Positions 59,216-64,000 of a stretch of 64,000 nucleotides of DNA are shown one piece after another (within the stretch, counting starts at the first letter, position 1; each line of letters opens with the position of its first letter). The translations under genes and the position numbers were made by a program. Origin of the DNA: a virus; IMG/VR virus record IMGVR_UViG_3300030106_005394, positions 8,705-72,704 of that record. One strand, given 5' to 3'. The notes beneath the pieces are model-generated. The model was given only the letters and a program-made list of their open reading frames with translations, was not told the DNA's origin and did not search any database.

Positions 59216-59897
59216 TTGTTTTGATTGGGTTAGTAATGCCAGATTTGAGATTTACAAATACACCACGATAATCTAGCGAACCGTAGCGTACCATTTTCCA
59301 CACAATATTTAAGGCGTGTGTAGCGATCGCCTGATTGATAAACAGGTCTTGCCTGTTTAAGGATTCCGCCAGTGAGCATGATGGGCCATCGTCATCGAAC
59401 TTAGTTTTCAATGCAGGATGATCCTCGTATGGAGATGGATACTCCATGCCACCTAGGATTACCTGACCGAAGTCACGCTCGTTTCCGCAGTCCATTATGT
59501 ACTGACGCTTTGGAGAGCTTAATCGCTCTATCTGTTCTCTGCCTACGCCTGTGTCGATACAGACCATGACAAGATCAGCGGATACATCACCTGCCCACTT
59601 ACTATTCATCCAGTTCCAATGAGCACCATAGAATAGGTTGAGCCGACGAATGAGGCATTCAGCTTTGTATTCACCAACATCATTCATGTGGAACAGTTGT
59701 CTGCCCACATTGAATGTGCCCACCCTGTCTGGGTCATAGGCACGAACAAACAGTCCATGCTGATGGCCACAAGACTTGATGGCATTGTGAATGCGTGCCA
59801 GCCCCGTGAGGACTTGTGATCCTGTGCCACCGCAACCGATGACATCGACCTTGATTGCCCGATTAACAGGTAGCATTATAGAACCCGTCAAGATCAT
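59205..59897 (-). CDS. PRTRC-type ThiF/E1 ubiquitin-like activating enzyme
   Basis: VIGCGGTGS, DPDRV...NVGRQ.F...KA, CID...R, DCGN..DFGQVILG, PSCSLAESL.RQDLFINQ. Confidence 0.92.
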   Translation of the reverse strand: MILTGSIMLPVNRAIKVDVIGCGGTGSQVLTGLARIHNAIKSCGHQHGLFVRAYDPDRVGTFNVGRQLFHMNDVGEYKAECLIRRLNLFYGAHWNWMNSKWAGDVSADLVMVCIDTGVGREQIERLSSPKRQYIMDCGNERDFGQVILGGMEYPSPYEDHPALKTKFDDDGPSCSLAESLNRQDLFINQAIATHALNIVWKMVRYGSLDYRGVFVNLKSGITNPIKTNGS

Positions 59898-60579
59898 AGA
59901 CTGGAAGCGACCGATCTACAGCCACCATAGTCTTCACTCGCTTGTCGTATACCTCATACCCCAAGCTCCTCACTTCAAAGGTGTCATGGAACTTAGGCTT
60001 ACGGGTGAACCTGCTGTTAAAGAACAGATCTTCAACAGTCTGGCAATCGTCAGATAACTTCATACCCACATTACAAGTGTGGACACGAAAGCAACTGATG
60101 TCCGGCAACACCAAGGGCCTTATTTCGTACTCCATCTCGTGCTTAGGAGATACTTCCCAAGCTGCAACGAATAACTCGTTGCTTGGTGTCCGTCTGAAGA
60201 TGAGTGACGGCCAATTGACAGTCTCCGTCTGGGACTCCTTGAGACTTCGCAGGTTGCTGTCCACCAAGTATCTGAGCTTTCGACGTTGCAGACCTGTCCA
60301 CCAGATGACGTCTGCTCCATTTTGATAGAGCAGTCCACCTCCATGGTGCTTGGAGGTATCAAGCCAGCTAGGCCCGCTAGACTTGTCCATGGAGTCAATT
60401 GCTCTACGCAAATCCTCCTTGGATAACATCTTGCCAGACTGAAGCTGACCATCAACCGCCTCCGCAAGGGTGGCAATTGTGGACCTATCACCGTATACAG
60501 GAGTGGCATCCGTGAAGAACAGGATACCACTACTTAATTTATAGTCCGTATGTGTTGTCATAGGGGTCTGGTGCTCCAT
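59863..60579 (-). CDS. PRTRC protein B-like (prokaryotic E2 family D)
   Basis: VIWW...RR.L.Y...WPSLIFR...LFVAA...candidate catalytic Cys in HTCNV...EDLFFNSRFT; start at 60579 or 60561. Confidence 0.7.
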   Translation of the reverse strand: MEHQTPMTTHTDYKLSSGILFFTDATPVYGDRSTIATLAEAVDGQLQSGKMLSKEDLRRAIDSMDKSSGPSWLDTSKHHGGGLLYQNGADVIWWTGLQRRKLRYLVDSNLRSLKESQTETVNWPSLIFRRTPSNELFVAAWEVSPKHEMEYEIRPLVLPDISCFRVHTCNVGMKLSDDCQTVEDLFFNSRFTRKPKFHDTFEVRSLGYEVYDKRVKTMVAVDRSLPVYDLDGFYNATC

Positions 60580-60991
60580 CAGTTGAGGACTCGAAGTCAT
60601 CACTCTCCAAGTAGGAGTGATGGTGATGACTTGTTGGGTCTGACTCTGGCTCACAAAGAGCCAGCTCGCATGGGTTGATCTCGGTCTCCACCTCCTCCTT
60701 GAAGAGGTTATGTACCAAGTCGACCGCATCCTTGTCGTGCCCACCTATGTGCCAGTCGGTGATCTGGCTTACTGGAGTGCCATCGGCTCCCCAGTAGTTG
60801 CGTCCATCCTTCCAGTTATAGATAGTGGCAATGACGCCGCTATCATGGTGTATGATCCATTGGGCATCAACCTTGAACCCATCACCATCAGTAGGTTCGC
60901 CCAGTCTGTCTACGATCTGGTCGTAGTTGAGTTCGATTCTGCCCTGCAGGGAAGTACCGCACCCATCGTGCTGATTAACTATTATTTTCAT
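60539..60991 (-). CDS. Phage hypothetical protein
   Basis: TSLQGRI...LGEP...KVDAQW...ATIYNWKDG...WHIGG. Confidence 0.65.
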   Translation of the reverse strand: MKIIVNQHDGCGTSLQGRIELNYDQIVDRLGEPTDGDGFKVDAQWIIHHDSGVIATIYNWKDGRNYWGADGTPVSQITDWHIGGHDKDAVDLVHNLFKEEVETEINPCELALCEPESDPTSHHHHSYLESDDFESSTDGAPDPYDNTYGL

Positions 60992-61670
60992 TTATTATTC
61001 TTTCTAGTCTTTTTATCTCTGACCTTATGTATTTCAGTGTGCTGACCTTAACTCCATCACATGCCCAGACTATCATATCATCTGCGCCCATAGCATCCTC
61101 GTATATAGACTGTATGAAGTGACCATACATAGAGTGACCATTAATGTAGTCACCGAATATAGGTAGCTCCTCCGTCTCTACTATAACAAGACCCCATCCA
61201 TAACCGCTTGAGCCAACGTGTTGAGCGTATTGCCACTTGGGTATATTATCCCAATTGGGCACGTCTTCATTGTCCACGCATTCTTCGTCTCCATAGCAGT
61301 AATCATAGAATGCGGCTGGAGTTATGTTATGTACGCAAGATGATGCGATTCTTTGCATGGTATGCTCATCCTTGACCTTAATGATGTTAGGTGTGCCCGA
61401 CTCAACGGACAGTCCAGCGCCATTAAAAGACCAGCAATCGTGCATACCTGCATTGATCCATGTCCCCAGAGGTCCACCCCACCACTCTTGGAGAGTATCC
61501 GCAAGATGGCTAGGTGGAACCCCAAACTCCTTGCAGAGAGCGTGGACATGGCTGACATGATATGTCTGTACATCGACAGAAACAGGCACAGTCAAGGCAT
61601 CGGTGGGATGTCGATACCTTTGGCTGGGCTTGGTCTCTTGTCTATTGCTTGGAGCAAGAGCTTGTGCCAT
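60975..61670 (-). CDS. Hypothetical protein at the position of PRTRC protein F
   Basis: Immediately downstream of the Ubl; assigned by position only. Confidence 0.5.
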   Translation of the reverse strand: MAQALAPSNRQETKPSQRYRHPTDALTVPVSVDVQTYHVSHVHALCKEFGVPPSHLADTLQEWWGGPLGTWINAGMHDCWSFNGAGLSVESGTPNIIKVKDEHTMQRIASSCVHNITPAAFYDYCYGDEECVDNEDVPNWDNIPKWQYAQHVGSSGYGWGLVIVETEELPIFGDYINGHSMYGHFIQSIYEDAMGADDMIVWACDGVKVSTLKYIRSEIKRLERIINENNS

Positions 61671-61673
61671 TTC

Positions 61674-61874
61674 CTAACCTTTTTGACCGTAATTGGCCTT
61701 GATGGTGTAGACGATGGCTTCAGACGTTTCTGACTTCTTGAACTCTGCATTTGATATCTCTGGATACTGCAACCCAAGCACCCCCTTTACTGCATCTATA
61801 GGCAGGTCAGGGTTTGGGTCACTGAGTCTTAGTCCGTTGAACTCAAACACGCGAGGCAATCTTGAGACTTCCAT
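61674..61874 (-). CDS. PRTRC protein C-like prokaryotic ubiquitin-like protein
   Basis: L.RVFEFNGLRLSDPNP...VK..L..QYPEISNA...YT...GQKG-stop. Confidence 0.88.
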   Translation of the reverse strand: MEVSRLPRVFEFNGLRLSDPNPDLPIDAVKGVLGLQYPEISNAEFKKSETSEAIVYTIKANYGQKG

Positions 61875-62386
61875 TACCCAAGAAGCTCCGCGAGTAGGTC
61901 ATCAGTTTTTTCAGCTTTCGGCTCAGGCTTAGCTGGCTCAGGCTTAGGGGTCGGCTCCGAGCCAAACCTTGGGCCATCACTCTTGATGGCGGCAAGCCTC
62001 TCGGCGTCCTCCTTAGCATCAGCCTCCTTCTTAACGGCCCTCTTTGAGGGTGCCTTCTTGTTAGCAGGAGCTTTCTTCCTTGTTTTCTTCTTAGCTTCAG
62101 CCTCAGCCTCAGCTATCTGCTTGTCGATTGCCTCCATATTGTCGAAGTGCTTACCGAGCGCACCTCCCCATATGGCCACAGTCTGACCAAGCTTTTCATC
62201 TATTTCCTCTGCTGTGCCGTGAATGCGTAGAGGAGCCATCTCTTCAATGGACTTAACTGATTCACCTGCCTTTCCCTGCGCCTTGCAGGAGAGGGACAAC
62301 GTATAACGCCCCTCGCTATCCGCTGGATATATCATTACGCATACTCGCTCCAGCTTGGCGAGCATATCGGTCATTTCAACTAGCAT
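61874..62386 (-). CDS. PRTRC protein E-like
   Basis: PLRIHGTAEEIDE motif, then coiled coil and K/A/P-rich tail; TAATG-coupled to the Ubl. Confidence 0.75.
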   Translation of the reverse strand: MLVEMTDMLAKLERVCVMIYPADSEGRYTLSLSCKAQGKAGESVKSIEEMAPLRIHGTAEEIDEKLGQTVAIWGGALGKHFDNMEAIDKQIAEAEAEAKKKTRKKAPANKKAPSKRAVKKEADAKEDAERLAAIKSDGPRFGSEPTPKPEPAKPEPKAEKTDDLLAELLG

Positions 62387-62640
62387 ATTACTTCTAGTGC
62401 TTCTGGGTTGTGTTTTTTTAACCATAACTCGCCTGTCATTGTAAGCGGAGCAGGAACTCCACCTAGCAACTCAGATGAGCCAATCATTCTGTAGAGCCAC
62501 ACGAAGTGACTCCATGGGTGACCTTCGATTAATTCATCGGGGTCTTTGATGCTCTCCAAGACTTCATCGAAGAAGCCTTGAGGCAACGCACAGTCGTAGG
62601 TTTGATACCCACGCTGTTTACATAGATCAGCCTTGTTCAT
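62380..62640 (-). CDS. Hypothetical protein
   Basis: In-operon ORF. Confidence 0.6.
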   Translation of the reverse strand: MNKADLCKQRGYQTYDCALPQGFFDEVLESIKDPDELIEGHPWSHFVWLYRMIGSSELLGGVPAPLTMTGELWLKKHNPEALEVIC

Positions 62641-63046
62641 AGGTTATCTCTGGTTGTTGTGTATTTATTGTGGGTCGGACTATATCTACTCCATATTGGG
62701 TGCATATTGCATACAGCCCGCCACTAACGAGGTCACCTTGATACTTACGGAACCAGCCCTGCTTCTTCAGTAAGACCTCGTAAGTGTCATCCCAATGGAC
62801 TCCATTACTTGCGAACATCTTATGCCTTGGGCTGATCGTAGTGGTGTGTCCGTGTATCTGATTGCCGATGAGAGTCACCGACCTAAGTACACAGTTCTGA
62901 ACCTTACGATCCTCGTCTTGGTAGCGCAAACGCCACCATATATTCATGCCGCCAGCATACCACCCTGCGGATGATATGCTGACGACGGCTGGAACTGAAG
63001 GATGTGACTCCTCCTGCCAGCGTTGGATTTGTGTTTGGTAATCCAT
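62627..63046 (-). CDS. Hypothetical protein
   Basis: In-operon ORF. Confidence 0.6.
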   Translation of the reverse strand: MDYQTQIQRWQEESHPSVPAVVSISSAGWYAGGMNIWWRLRYQDEDRKVQNCVLRSVTLIGNQIHGHTTTISPRHKMFASNGVHWDDTYEVLLKKQGWFRKYQGDLVSGGLYAICTQYGVDIVRPTINTQQPEITYEQG

Positions 63047-63258
63047 TACTCTGCAGTGCTAGTTGTCCAGATCGTCTGCCACTTGCCGTGAGGGTTCTTG
63101 ATTAGGTCGGACTTGCTGGCATCACGCCATAGTCCTTTCCCAAGCCAAACTCTCGCACCAAAACCTTTGATGCGCATAGACGGGTTTGTGAACTTAATAT
63201 TGTAACTAGTCTCGGATGTAGGTCTCTTTTTTATTCTTTTCTTGTGAGTATTTTTCAT
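63046..63258 (-). CDS. Small basic hypothetical protein
   Basis: AGAAAGGA SD upstream; TAATG coupling. Confidence 0.55.
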   Translation of the reverse strand: MKNTHKKRIKKRPTSETSYNIKFTNPSMRIKGFGARVWLGKGLWRDASKSDLIKNPHGKWQTIWTTSTAE

Positions 63259-63273
63259 TATGTATCCTTTCTA

Positions 63274-63927
63274 TCAATTAAGTTGATCGAATCTGTATTT
63301 CACCCAGTACGGGTACTTACGCTTGTTAGTCACATAGGGATACAAGGAATCTGGGTCTTTGGCCACAATACCCTCGTAGACGTGTTTCCCTATATCCTTA
63401 TTGTGCTCCTGCATGGCCTTCCAGTGAATAGGATTGTATTCTGTCCGCCATGTAGGTAGAACGAACACACCCTCGTTAGGCTCAAGCTCCTCGTACATTT
63501 CCCAACGAGGAAAGAACCCTCGTATCTTTGTGAGTCGCTCGCTGTATGTGCTTCCAAGCCTTGGAAGGTCATGGATAACCAGAGCTGTAGGCTCATCTCC
63601 ATAGGCAGGACCCATGATGCCAGCATCAAGGAGGTACGGCCAGTCAGTAGTCAGCTTTGCGTCGATCATGGCTGACTCCTCTAGCCACTCCCAGAATCCA
63701 TGAAGCATCTTGATCCACTCGTCAGGCAGTGTTGCCTTAGTGTACTCGTTGCCATCGCTTGCAAATGCGATGTGATCAACTTGATTTCTGTTTAGTAGTA
63801 TTGCCAGCCGATGGTCATTGACCTTTGGCTGACAAGTCCAGTCTTTGGGGCAACGCCTATAGCTGTTACCCGCAGAAGGCTTTATCAGCTTCCGCAATAG
63901 TGTAGGTTTTGATGCTACTGCTGTCAT
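63274..63927 (-). CDS. ATP-dependent ligase-like nucleotidyltransferase domain (no OB-fold)
   Basis: QPKVNDHR (motif I), LLDAG (III), IHDL (IIIa), EGIVAKDPDSLY (IV), WVKYR (V). Confidence 0.7.
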   Translation of the reverse strand: MTAVASKPTLLRKLIKPSAGNSYRRCPKDWTCQPKVNDHRLAILLNRNQVDHIAFASDGNEYTKATLPDEWIKMLHGFWEWLEESAMIDAKLTTDWPYLLDAGIMGPAYGDEPTALVIHDLPRLGSTYSERLTKIRGFFPRWEMYEELEPNEGVFVLPTWRTEYNPIHWKAMQEHNKDIGKHVYEGIVAKDPDSLYPYVTNKRKYPYWVKYRFDQLN

Positions 63928-64000
63928 TTAGTCCTCAAGCTGAATGTTCTAGCTCCAAGTTTCTCTTCCAGAAGTGCTTGCTGTTCTGGCGTCAGATGAG

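Larger units (their letters stand above)
1..64000. mobile_element. Tailed dsDNA bacteriophage genome segment (podovirus-like, possibly temperate)
   Basis: Terminase-portal-scaffold-capsid order, DnaB/ERF/RusA replication module, ejection proteins, abutting or overlapping genes, no host housekeeping genes; a tyrosine recombinase is present. Confidence 0.95.

Noticed and set aside
60580-60744. N-terminal extension of the E2-like ORF in the track
   Set aside because: Overlaps the upstream gene in another frame; the real start is more likely 60579 or 60561

Overview
The window holds most of a densely coded tailed dsDNA phage genome with podovirus-like architecture (no tape measure, tail tube or sheath; very large ejection proteins). 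It has three blocks. (1) A leftward replication/recombination operon (~967-8096) with ERF, a DUF2800/Cas4-like nuclease, DUF932, RusA, an HTH initiator with internal iterons, DnaB, SSB and a dATP/dGTP diphosphohydrolase-like protein. (2) A rightward morphogenesis operon (8336-51854) with terminase, portal, scaffold, capsid, tail/fibre proteins, ejection proteins including a 5699-aa polyvalent protein, and many tiny very basic proteins. (3) A leftward early region (51896-64000) with a tyrosine recombinase, SNF2 helicase, RadC-type JAB protein, a ligase-like nucleotidyltransferase and a PRTRC-like ubiquitin-conjugation cassette (protein E, Ubl ending GQKG, E2-like, ThiF/E1). The two most interesting observations are this phage-borne E1-E2-Ubl(-JAB) cassette and a predicted ~60-nt small RNA between the divergent operons whose hairpin loop is complementary to the ribosome-binding sites of the replication genes. 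No DNA polymerase, primase, RNA polymerase, endolysin, tRNA or CRISPR array was recognised. All family calls come from motifs read by eye; no database searches were run.
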